A DNA stretch of 64,000 nt from an uncultured Pseudomonadota bacterium (GTDB lineage Bacteria > Pseudomonadota > Alphaproteobacteria > Rs-D84): NCBI GenBank assembly GCA_902802115.1, contig CADCKW010000002.1, positions 5,744 to 69,743 on the forward strand, read 5' to 3'. Numbering within the stretch: the first letter of the stretch is position 1; every line of letters starts with the position of its first letter. The translations under genes were made by a program, and so were the position numbers. Below, piece by piece: positions 48,930-57,568 of the stretch. Under the pieces are notes generated by a model. That model was given only the letters and a program-made list of their open reading frames with translations, had not been told where the DNA came from and ran no database searches.

Positions 48930-50141
48930 ATGAAACCATATATTGATGTAATCTTAGAAAAAAGTGAGAAATATCTGCACGAATTATTCACAGATAAACA
49001 ATTGAAAACATTGTGCTCTCGTATAGAATATCTGAAAAAAGAAAACGATAAAAACGTCGTGGTTAATTCCTGGATCAAAGAATATATAAAATTTGTAAAA
49101 GAATGCTACCAATCTGAAACCAAGTCCGATGCAAAAACAGATAAGTTTTTACACAAGAAAGATGACGGAGTGAAGGTAATTTGGGGTAATTGTTTATCTG
49201 TTCTGAAAAAAATGAAATCAGAATCGATTCATTTGATGGTTACTTCTCCTCCTTATTATAATGCACGCGAATATTCACATTGGAAAAATTTGAATGACTA
49301 TTTGGAAGACATGAGGCAAATTATTCGCGAAGCTTATCGGGTTTTGGACAATCACAGAGTTTTTGTTTGGAATGTGGGTGATATCTTTGATAACGATAAT
49401 CTTGTTGTAAAATCTGTATGGGGTAAGAGACGAATTCCATTAGGTGCGTATTTTATCAAAATTTTTGAAGAAGAAGGGTTCACTTTTGTTGACGATTTTA
49501 TCTGGGATAAAGGTGAGGTTCAAAGTGAGAGACAGAAGAACGGTGACAAACCTTACCCCTTTTATCAATACCCTATGAATTGTTATGAACATATATTGAT
49601 CTTTCATAAACATAGATTAGATTATACCAGATTCCCTTGTCCTGTATGTGGTTGTTTACAGGTTAATGGCAATGCATTTACTGAAATTGGGTTAAAAAGT
49701 TGGGAATGCAAAAACCCAGATTGTTTTCAACGCAGTGCCGCAAATAGAGGCAAACGTTTTTCTCTTAAAACTTTAATTACCCAAAGCCGACAAGGTGAAG
49801 CATTTGCTATAGACCTTGATTTTATCAAAAAGTACAGACGAGATGTTGTCAAAATATCGCCTGTCATAAAGATAAATTCCAAAGGTGAAAACACATTAGG
49901 TCACACGGCGCCTTTCCCTATAGATATTCCAGAGCTAGCTATAAAATTCTTTTCATATCCAAATGAAATCGTGTTGGATCCGTTTGGAGGAAGCATGACA
50001 AGTGTTATAGCCGCACACCAAAATAACCGAATTGGTGTAGGAATTGAATTAAACAAGGAAATGTTCAGAAAAAGCATAATCAAAAACTTAAACAACAATT
50101 TGGGGTCCAAGATAAAAATATCGGAGTTAGACGATGACTGA
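48930..50141 (+). CDS. Beta-class N4/N6 DNA methyltransferase with an internal zinc ribbon
   Basis: Motif IV SPPYYN followed by C-terminal FxGxG DPFGGSMTSV; CPVCGC...CKNPDC. Confidence 0.7.
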   Translation: MKPYIDVILEKSEKYLHELFTDKQLKTLCSRIEYLKKENDKNVVVNSWIKEYIKFVKECYQSETKSDAKTDKFLHKKDDGVKVIWGNCLSVLKKMKSESIHLMVTSPPYYNAREYSHWKNLNDYLEDMRQIIREAYRVLDNHRVFVWNVGDIFDNDNLVVKSVWGKRRIPLGAYFIKIFEEEGFTFVDDFIWDKGEVQSERQKNGDKPYPFYQYPMNCYEHILIFHKHRLDYTRFPCPVCGCLQVNGNAFTEIGLKSWECKNPDCFQRSAANRGKRFSLKTLITQSRQGEAFAIDLDFIKKYRRDVVKISPVIKINSKGENTLGHTAPFPIDIPELAIKFFSYPNEIVLDPFGGSMTSVIAAHQNNRIGVGIELNKEMFRKSIIKNLNNNLGSKIKISELDDD

Positions 50142-50775
50142 AATTATAGATAAAAAGAAGTTAGTAATAGGATTGTACGGCGAAATGCGACTATCTATGG
50201 TATTGCACGAACTTGGATGGCAAGTTCATAGGGCGTATATTGACGAGGGTATTGACTTTACAATTACTAAATATTGGTGCCCACACTGTAAAAAATATTC
50301 AGACCAATATATCAGAAACAAAAAATATAAAGGCAAAACACAAAAATGCGTCACAAATTTATGCCAATTTTGTAAAAAAACTGAACTAGAGGTAATATCT
50401 AGATATTTACAAGTAAAAACATCTGAAGGGATAGCTATTAAAGGCAAAAACAACCGAAGGAATTTCAGTTTTCACCCAAAAATTCGCTACAATATGGGAA
50501 ATGAGGTTTTTTATGTATGGATAGCGGTATTTGATAACAAAGAAGAAAAGAAAGCCCATTTTTATATTTTAAACACGAAAGATGTTGAAAAATTTGATAA
50601 TGTAAAATTGGCTACATATCAGATTACGGATAATCAAAAAACAACCCTAACCATACGAGAAGACGGTGTAGTATTAAACAAAGGTAAACAATACGATTAT
50701 TCTTGCTTCAACAACCGTTTTTATAACGACTGGGATGCCTTGGAATTAGAGAAAAAGGCAACAAAAAACCAATAA
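50134..50775 (+). CDS. Putative cognate restriction endonuclease / DNA-binding partner (213 aa, Zn-ribbon CPHC...CQFC)
   Basis: Start overlaps the MTase stop (ATGA); no secure nuclease motif identified. Confidence 0.35.
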   Translation: MTEIIDKKKLVIGLYGEMRLSMVLHELGWQVHRAYIDEGIDFTITKYWCPHCKKYSDQYIRNKKYKGKTQKCVTNLCQFCKKTELEVISRYLQVKTSEGIAIKGKNNRRNFSFHPKIRYNMGNEVFYVWIAVFDNKEEKKAHFYILNTKDVEKFDNVKLATYQITDNQKTTLTIREDGVVLNKGKQYDYSCFNNRFYNDWDALELEKKATKNQ

Positions 50776-50910
50776 ATACATCATTGATTATGATAGCAAC
50801 AGAGGTTATTTCTTGTACTGCATCAGTTGCTACAGCAATTATTGTTGTGACCTGTTTTATATGCAAAAGGTTGATAATTATAAACACAAACGCGGTCTTG
50901 AGACCACGTT

Positions 50911-51729
50911 TTATTTATTTTTGTTTTGAATTTTTAATTTAGTAACCTTGCAACCAAACGACAAATCCATCAAGTACACATTTCTGAACACAGAATTAAA
51001 TTTATGCTTTTGTAGTTTGTCAGAAAAATATACAAAACCGTTTTCTACCACCACTAACAAATCGCACTCATCGCAATTCTTTTTATAAGATTCAAATTTT
51101 TGGTTTTTGCTGTCTATCGTTTTTTGAACATCATCAAAAGGATCTTCTTCGCATCTGCCCATATTATTGACATGGCACGAAGTGTGTGGTTCGTGCATTA
51201 AACTACCATTAACGATAAAGGTTTGACCTTTTACATCCACCCACTTTTTCGTTATTCCCCGTGGTTTGATACCTTCCGATTCCAGCGCAGTTATAAATGC
51301 TTCTTTTAACTCATCGTCTGACGCATTTAAATGATCAAATCCTGGGTTGTAACAAGCATCCATGTGTTCTGCCCAATTCAAACTCCATTCTCTTGGATCA
51401 TGAACATCAATCAATAAAGACAATGGGGTTCCCTTTTGTTTAAAATAGCCAACCACCTTTTTAGCAACCCTTTCCAACCGCATTGTCGCCGTACTTTTAT
51501 CACTTTTGTAAATAAAATTGACGATTTCCAACCCAATTGTTGGTCGACCTGCCACTTCAAATATAAAATCCGGGCACTCGCAAGACTTTTTAGTTGTAAT
51601 TCCATTGTCTTGCATCCATTTTTCACCAATTTTATGACGTGCGAACAATGCCAAATAAGTTGCCTCTGTGCCTTTTTGGGTATCGTCCTGAATAATAAAC
51701 TGTCCGCCTTTGTGTACAAATTCTGTCAT
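50911..51729 (-). CDS. Hypothetical 272-aa protein
   Basis: ORF only; Cys-rich C-terminal half; no family recognised. Confidence 0.35.
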   Translation of the reverse strand: MTEFVHKGGQFIIQDDTQKGTEATYLALFARHKIGEKWMQDNGITTKKSCECPDFIFEVAGRPTIGLEIVNFIYKSDKSTATMRLERVAKKVVGYFKQKGTPLSLLIDVHDPREWSLNWAEHMDACYNPGFDHLNASDDELKEAFITALESEGIKPRGITKKWVDVKGQTFIVNGSLMHEPHTSCHVNNMGRCEEDPFDDVQKTIDSKNQKFESYKKNCDECDLLVVVENGFVYFSDKLQKHKFNSVFRNVYLMDLSFGCKVTKLKIQNKNK

Positions 51730-51890
51730 TTTAAAACCTGTATAAAGAAATTATCATAAAACAAATAACTATACAACACCAAAACATTTGGCATACCAAT
51801 TATATTATACAGAAATTTCACGAAGCATATTTTATTGAATTTACAATTTTTTCAATTATACTAGCACTAACAAAATACCAAAGGTCAACA

Positions 51891-52847
51891 ATGATAAAAG
51901 ATAACGCGGTAACAGTAGCTTTTCATAGACTTACAATTCAAAACAGCCATAATGCTGTTATTCCTGTTGATAACACAATAAAAAACATCGTCATAACAGG
52001 TTTAGAATCCTTAATGGTTACAAACCCCGAGGATAAAAAAACATGTTTTAAAAATTACCACTTATACGTGAATAACATTGAAAAGACCGCTGATAATGTA
52101 TATTGCCGAATTTCTGATTCACGTGACGGATACAGCGAAGATATTTATATTGCAAATTCTGAAAAATTCTTCACTACGGGTGTAAATGACATTCGATCAA
52201 AGCAATTTTTTATGAATTTGGATTTTTCAAATAATGGATATATTCTTATATGCAACCAATACCTTGGTAATAGCGGATGTTATACGGCGATAGAAAAAGC
52301 AGTAAGTAAGATATTAAATGATGCCGGATATAAATTAAAATCTGTAGCAATAGTAAACAAAGGCGAATTGAGTGAATATTTTGAAAAAGGTGGCATCAAG
52401 GCTTTTGAAGTCACACATTTCGAACAACAATCTGACGTGGCAGATGACAATGCTTTCTGTAAAAAAAGCACCGTAATTTTATCGCCAGCGACACGTAGTA
52501 AAACCAGCTTCGAAAAATTTTATGCAAAAATAAAACGTGTTTTTCATAATGACAACAACCAAATGCGAGACAGGCATGAAATAGCAGCAAAACTTATTCA
52601 AGAATCAGGGATAAAATATGCCTTCATTGAAAACGATGGTTTAGATGGCATAAACCTGTCTGAGTACAGAGTAAAAGTTATGTCAAATCATGGTTCTTTT
52701 GATCTTATAAAACATGACGGAACCATAGCAACCAGATATGATATTTCTCACTGCAATAAAGATGATAATGGTAACCCAAGTTTTGAAGACATAAAAAACA
52801 AAATCAACGATATAAAACCAAGAATCAAAGAGATTATCGAACAATGA
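51891..52847 (+). CDS. Hypothetical 318-aa cytoplasmic protein, first gene of a two-gene overlapping module
   Basis: ORF; stop overlaps the next start (ATGA). Confidence 0.45.
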   Translation: MIKDNAVTVAFHRLTIQNSHNAVIPVDNTIKNIVITGLESLMVTNPEDKKTCFKNYHLYVNNIEKTADNVYCRISDSRDGYSEDIYIANSEKFFTTGVNDIRSKQFFMNLDFSNNGYILICNQYLGNSGCYTAIEKAVSKILNDAGYKLKSVAIVNKGELSEYFEKGGIKAFEVTHFEQQSDVADDNAFCKKSTVILSPATRSKTSFEKFYAKIKRVFHNDNNQMRDRHEIAAKLIQESGIKYAFIENDGLDGINLSEYRVKVMSNHGSFDLIKHDGTIATRYDISHCNKDDNGNPSFEDIKNKINDIKPRIKEIIEQ

Positions 52848-53386
52848 CACAAAACACTAATGCGCTTTACAGATTTTTTAAACGATGCTCCGTTGGAAGT
52901 ATAATCGTGAATCACTATAATACATTTTATGATGATGCAACAGAAGACAAACGACGCAGCAAATCTGAAATATTTTGGCAATTTTTTTTCTTTATTGGCA
53001 TATCTTTACTAGCAACCTATTTAGGTCTATTTTTTACAAAAATAGCTTTGGACAGTATCCTTACCGTTCAATCAATATTAACCCCATTTTTGTTTTCCAC
53101 ATTGTTCATAGTTGCTGATAAACGTCATGGCATAGAAAATGGGACAAAAAGATATAGACTGATAAATGATACAATAAAAAACATAGCATTCAATATATTA
53201 CTATCCATACTTATTATTATTATAACAGTTATATATTTAGTGTGTTTACCAGAAACATCCGACAAAACGACAATAGTTTCGGCCTTGTTTTGTAATGCAT
53301 TGAACATACTTATGTACTTTTTTATATTAAATCAAATGTATGTTTTTATCATGATTATGAAACGTGTTAACAAAATGTTTGATTAA
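52844..53386 (+). CDS. 180-aa polytopic membrane protein (about 4 TM), second gene of the module
   Basis: Hydrophobic segments FFFFIGISLLATYLGLFF, ILTPFLFSTLFIV, IAFNILLSILIIIITVIYLV, ALNILMYFFILNQMYVFIMIM. Confidence 0.45.
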   Translation: MTQNTNALYRFFKRCSVGSIIVNHYNTFYDDATEDKRRSKSEIFWQFFFFIGISLLATYLGLFFTKIALDSILTVQSILTPFLFSTLFIVADKRHGIENGTKRYRLINDTIKNIAFNILLSILIIIITVIYLVCLPETSDKTTIVSALFCNALNILMYFFILNQMYVFIMIMKRVNKMFD

Positions 53387-53406
53387 CAAACAAGCGCCAC
53401 CAAATA

Positions 53407-53889
53407 TTATGATAACTTTTCTTTTATTCCCAATTCTTTGCGCATTTTTGTGCCAAAAGCCACGATTTTATCTGCCATTTCATCTGCTTTGGTTTCTATC
53501 GCTCTTACATCACGCATTTTGTCATAACATTGCCATATTTCAGAATCCAATTTATAATACTCGTCATAAATTTTTTTAGATGCGTATATTATCATTTGCC
53601 CCTGAAGCGCATTAAACATATCCTTGCATTTCCGAGGCCATTGATGATTACGACGGTATTTGTCGTGTTCCATCAACACCTGACACGCCTCAATATACAA
53701 ATCTTCACGTTTCTGCATTATATGCAATTTACGTTCTCTGCGAGATTGTAAATACGACTGAACCCCTAGTCCAAACAATGTAATTAGTGCACCAATAACA
53801 ATTCCAATCGCACCGATTAAAGAAGCAATTATTGTATCATTCATTTTTTTTCCATTTTGATTTATAACGCATCTTTTTGGCATACCCAA
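53407..53889 (-). CDS. Single-pass membrane protein (N-terminal TM plus cytoplasmic domain), paralogue of 53893..54285
   Basis: TM IIASLIGAIGIVIGALITLFGLGV; shares layout and a Y.SK motif with its neighbour. Confidence 0.4.
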   Translation of the reverse strand: MGMPKRCVINQNGKKMNDTIIASLIGAIGIVIGALITLFGLGVQSYLQSRRERKLHIMQKREDLYIEACQVLMEHDKYRRNHQWPRKCKDMFNALQGQMIIYASKKIYDEYYKLDSEIWQCYDKMRDVRAIETKADEMADKIVAFGTKMRKELGIKEKLS

Positions 53890-53892
53890 GTT

Positions 53893-54285
53893 CTATAAAT
53901 ATTTGTACAACAATTTCATTAAATGTTTTTTGAATTTCGTCTTTATAGCTTTCTCTATAATTTTATTTTCAAAATGCAATTTAAGCGGTGGTAGCAATTT
54001 TTTCATTTCTTTTGAACCGTACATAAATACAGCGGCACGCGTTTTTTCATATTTCCCAACAATATGCTCATCATATACTTCCCCAACACCGTTAAAATCT
54101 GTGTCTAACAGCCCAAAAAACACGTCAAACACCGCAAAATAGGCTTCATTGCGTTTTTCTATAGAGCGAAATTTTTGCTCACGCACGCTCTTACGCCAAT
54201 CTAAAAACCACGTAAAACCCGTTGTTATCAAAGCCCCAACAATAATTCCAAATATTTGTGAAGAAAAGAAATCTGCCCATGTCAT
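53893..54285 (-). CDS. Single-pass membrane protein, paralogue of 53407..53889
   Basis: TM IFGIIVGALITTGFTWFL; tandem with 53407..53889. Confidence 0.4.
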   Translation of the reverse strand: MTWADFFSSQIFGIIVGALITTGFTWFLDWRKSVREQKFRSIEKRNEAYFAVFDVFFGLLDTDFNGVGEVYDEHIVGKYEKTRAAVFMYGSKEMKKLLPPLKLHFENKIIEKAIKTKFKKHLMKLLYKYL

Positions 54286-54639
54286 TTTTTAATCCTGTTG
54301 CTTGTATATAACTTTTCTATACGGAGAATAGTGAAAAATTGAAATTTTTTCAATGATATTTTATCATTCGTGATTTTAATGTACAAATCAAGTATGAAAT
54401 CATCATTGATTTCAATTGTGATTTTGCTAGAAACGACACACAGAATATTCTGTGTGTCGCTGTTAGCACTTTAACATACCGTCAAACACAAAAAAACACA
54501 ACAAACAATAAGTTATATTCCAAAGGAATCAGGTGCTAATTTTCACTTTTTGCTTTCGTGTACGTATATGTGAAAAAAACACATAAAATCATACGAAAGC
54601 CGCAGAAAACTGACCCCAAAATTTATAGTATAAAATATT

Positions 54640-54915
54640 CAGAAAGTCCTTGACTTGTGCGGATTTTAGGTATAATATAAGGTCTGTTATTCGGGCATAG
54701 TTCAGTCGGTAGAACAACGGACTGTTAAAGTAGCAGAAGTTCTTAGCACTTCGGGATCGAATAGCTCGAAAAAGTCGCAGATTTCTGCGGATTTTTTTTA
54801 CTCAAAATTTTTCAATTCTGATATCATACATGAAATCTATGACATAGCATATTAGGGCGATAAGTGGCAATAACTAGCACCAAATTTTGATAAAAACACA
54901 TATTGACATACGGAA
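54640..54915 (+). repeat. Repeat B: tRNA-Asn promoter (TTGACT-15-TATAAT, 54650..54676) + 38-nt tRNA-Asn 5' half (54691..54728) + divergent tail + terminator-like + shared ~100 bp
   Basis: Direct repeat of 48188..48465; inverted relative to the intact tRNA-Asn gene 180 bp downstream. Confidence 0.7.
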
Positions 54916-55089
54916 TAGCCAGACATACGTTTTACATACGGTAAAAAACGAGCTATTTTTTCAACATTTTTAGGCACCACTTTTGATCATAAAAAACGGT
55001 GTCATTTTTTAACATTTAAAAACATCATATACAGGAACAGATTGCCGTATTTTTTTGATATAAAAAATCCGCGAAAACCGCGGAAATCT

Positions 55090-55165
55090 TGGCTCGGGCA
55101 ACTGGACTCGAACCAGTGACATACGGATTAACAGTCCGTTGTTCTACCGACTGAACTATGCCCGA
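55090..55165 (-). tRNA. tRNA-Asn (anticodon GTT), 76 nt with encoded CCA
   Basis: Reverse complement folds as TCGGGCA acceptor, GTTC/GAAC D-stem, ACGGA-CTGTTAA-TCCGT anticodon arm, ACTGG-TTCGAGT-CCAGT T-arm, TGCCCGA-G-CCA. Confidence 0.85.
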
Positions 55166-55177
55166 ATAACGCGACAT

Positions 55178-55206
55178 ATAATAACTCTAAAATCCGCACA
55201 AGTCAA
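55178..55206 (-). promoter_or_regulatory. Sigma-70-like promoter of tRNA-Asn (TTGACT-17-TATTAT)
   Basis: Consensus hexamers with 17-nt spacing, 13 nt upstream of the tRNA 5' end; the same promoter is duplicated in repeats A and B. Confidence 0.55.
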
Positions 55207-55478
55207 GGACTTTCTAAATATTTTTGTAAATAAAATGCGTATATCCCAAGATTCTGCGTGTCGTAGCGTATTTTATTTATGGTTTTGGCCTTGATTTTTT
55301 AACACGAAACCACTATCATAACAAACATAAAGGTGGATTTAACCTGACTTGTCCTGCCTTATAAATGGACTAAAAAAGGAGTTGTTATGCTTATTTCCCG
55401 TTTTTCAACGTGCATTATGCGTGGTACAACGCCGCAATCCACCTTTGGTTCAACTTGCAAAAACCAAAGGAGTAAAAC

Positions 55479-56471
55479 ATGCAAAGAACAGCCGAAGCGG
55501 TGTCATTGGGACACCCAGATAAAATCGCCGATTACATTTCAAGTTACATCTTGGATCGGTTAATCGAACAAGACCCACATACCAGATACGCTGTTGAGGT
55601 AATGATCAAGGATAACACCGTTGTCCTTGGTGGCGAAGTCACCACCTCTGCCCTACTAGGCGATTTGACCACCCATGTTAAGAATGCCCTATCCGAAATA
55701 GGATATGATGAACGTTACGCATCCATATGGGGCAAACATGCTATTGACCCAGCGCAAATCAAAGTTATCAATATGATCGGTGTGCAATCGTCTGATATAG
55801 CCCAAGGAGTTAATCAAGATGGCTGGGGCGACCAAGGTGTGTTTGTTGGCTATGCGTCCCAAGGCGAAGGGAAGATAAATCGGGAATTATTCCTAGCCCG
55901 AAAGCTGAACAAAGCCCTGTACGAAAAAGCACGCACATCGGATAATCTGGGACTGGATATCAAGACCCAAATTACTCTGAACGACGACCAGATAGAAACC
56001 GCTATCGTAGCGATCCCGATGTTATATGAAGAAGATCTGACAGATTTTGTGATTTCTGTCCTAGGCGAAAAGCCAGCGAACATTATCATAAATGGTACCG
56101 GACGTTATACATATCATGGTTCCATCGCACGAAAATTGGCGTGTGACTTTTATTCTACTGCCGCACCGATTGGTGGTGGTAGCCCATGGACCAAGGATGC
56201 TAGCAAGGCAGATTTGACCCTAAATGTATACGCACGTATCTTAGCCTGTGAAAATCTGGCCGACAATGACGAATGCTTTGTTTACCTGTCTTCGTGCATC
56301 GGTCGCAAAGAATTGCCCAGTGGCCTGATAAAAACGATTAAAAACGGCATTATTTTCTATCACGATCTTTGGTGCAATCAAAAACCCAGCGCATTGATAA
56401 AGGCATACGGATTAGACAAACCAATCTATGCAAAATTATGCGACAAAAGTATATCTGGAATACAGAATTAA
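55479..56471 (+). CDS. metK: S-adenosylmethionine synthetase homologue, short and divergent (330 aa)
   Basis: SLGHPDKIADYIS, GWGDQGVFVGYAS, DIKTQ, GGGSPWTKDASK align to the MetK motifs GHPDK, GAGDQG, DAKSQ, GGGAFSGKDPSK; C-terminal ~50 aa shorter and the GDCGLTGRK region altered. Confidence 0.6.
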   Translation: MQRTAEAVSLGHPDKIADYISSYILDRLIEQDPHTRYAVEVMIKDNTVVLGGEVTTSALLGDLTTHVKNALSEIGYDERYASIWGKHAIDPAQIKVINMIGVQSSDIAQGVNQDGWGDQGVFVGYASQGEGKINRELFLARKLNKALYEKARTSDNLGLDIKTQITLNDDQIETAIVAIPMLYEEDLTDFVISVLGEKPANIIINGTGRYTYHGSIARKLACDFYSTAAPIGGGSPWTKDASKADLTLNVYARILACENLADNDECFVYLSSCIGRKELPSGLIKTIKNGIIFYHDLWCNQKPSALIKAYGLDKPIYAKLCDKSISGIQN

Positions 56472-56507
56472 AAAAGGTGCCGCTTGGCACCTTGGTTTTA
56501 ATACGCC

Positions 56508-56883
56508 TTAACAAACCTCGGCATCGGCAAATGCGAATTGCGTCAACGAATTTTCTTTTGCCTGAACACATATATATTGCATTTCAGTTGCGCCTGTATT
56601 TTCCATCGCACGTTTCGCCCCAGTTGCAACACGAATAGCAGTTCCCGGTTTAATTTCAATCTTGTCATCATCAACCGTAAATGTGCCGTTACCAGTTAAA
56701 AAGATATAGATTTCTTCGTTTTGTTTGTGAATATGATTAAACGGCGATTTTGCACCAGCAGGCATAACACTAACCGAAATTTCCGCCGATGTTAAGCCAA
56801 GTGCATCGTGCAGAAAAGCCTTACCATATTCTGTCTTTGCAACATCTGCCATTGTTCCAAAATTTGTTGATGAATATTTTGCC
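56508..56883 (-). CDS. Cupin-domain protein
   Basis: Cupin motifs HKQNEEIYIFLTGNGTFTVDD...G.AIRV. Confidence 0.55.
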
Positions 56884-57007
56884 ATAAAATTCTCCTTTAT
56901 TTCTATGCGCATTTATTTTATACTGTTATAAACATTTTGTAAAGTAGGCACATTTTTATAACATAGTATCATAAAAGAAACTATTGTGTAAAACAAAGGA
57001 AAAGACA

Positions 57008-57328
57008 ATGAAAAAATCTGATTTGCCGGAATGCCCAGTAGCGACAGTTTTAACACTGATTGGTAATAAGTGGAATGTTTTGATTATACGCGACCTGTTA
57101 GTTGGTGTAAAAAGATTCGGTGAATTACAACGCAGCATCGGTTGCAGTCAAAAGGTTTTGACAGATAACCTGCGTGAATTAGAAAGTAAAGGTTTGGTAT
57201 CCAGAAAAGTTTATCCAGAAGTTCCACCACGTGTTGAATACAGCATGACTAAGTTGGGTGCGACTTTATCGCCTGTGTTGAATGCCATGGCTGCATGGGG
57301 TGATGAATACAAGAAAAATATTAAATAG
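57008..57328 (+). CDS. HxlR-family winged-helix transcriptional regulator
   Basis: CPVATVLTLIGNKWNVLIIRDL...RFGEL......S.KVLTDNLRELE..GLV.R..Y...PPRVEY. Confidence 0.75.
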   Translation: MKKSDLPECPVATVLTLIGNKWNVLIIRDLLVGVKRFGELQRSIGCSQKVLTDNLRELESKGLVSRKVYPEVPPRVEYSMTKLGATLSPVLNAMAAWGDEYKKNIK

Positions 57329-57342
57329 TACCGATTCTTCCA

Positions 57343-57485
57343 AACAAACAACTAGACTTTTGCCGAAAGATTATGCCAAATACGACAACCTAAAAAAGGA
57401 TTGTCTATGAAGTACAAACATTTTCGGGAAATTGAGCCCAGTAACAAAACTGATTTTATTATACTCTACTTCGCCGTGTGCCGTA
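57343..57485 (+). repeat. Repeat R2, copy 2 (truncated copy of the 48646 small-ORF start)
   Basis: ~93% identity to 48598..48735. Confidence 0.6.
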
Positions 57486-57568
57486 ACAAAGCACACTCAT
57501 AAAACCCGCAAAAACTGGCAATTGCGGTCCGTGTGTCTGCTACAAATTTTCTATATTTATAGATTTTC

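Noticed and set aside
51411-51759. Overlapping 102-aa and 107-aa ORFs
   Set aside because: They are alternative-frame or antisense readings inside the 50911..51729 gene.
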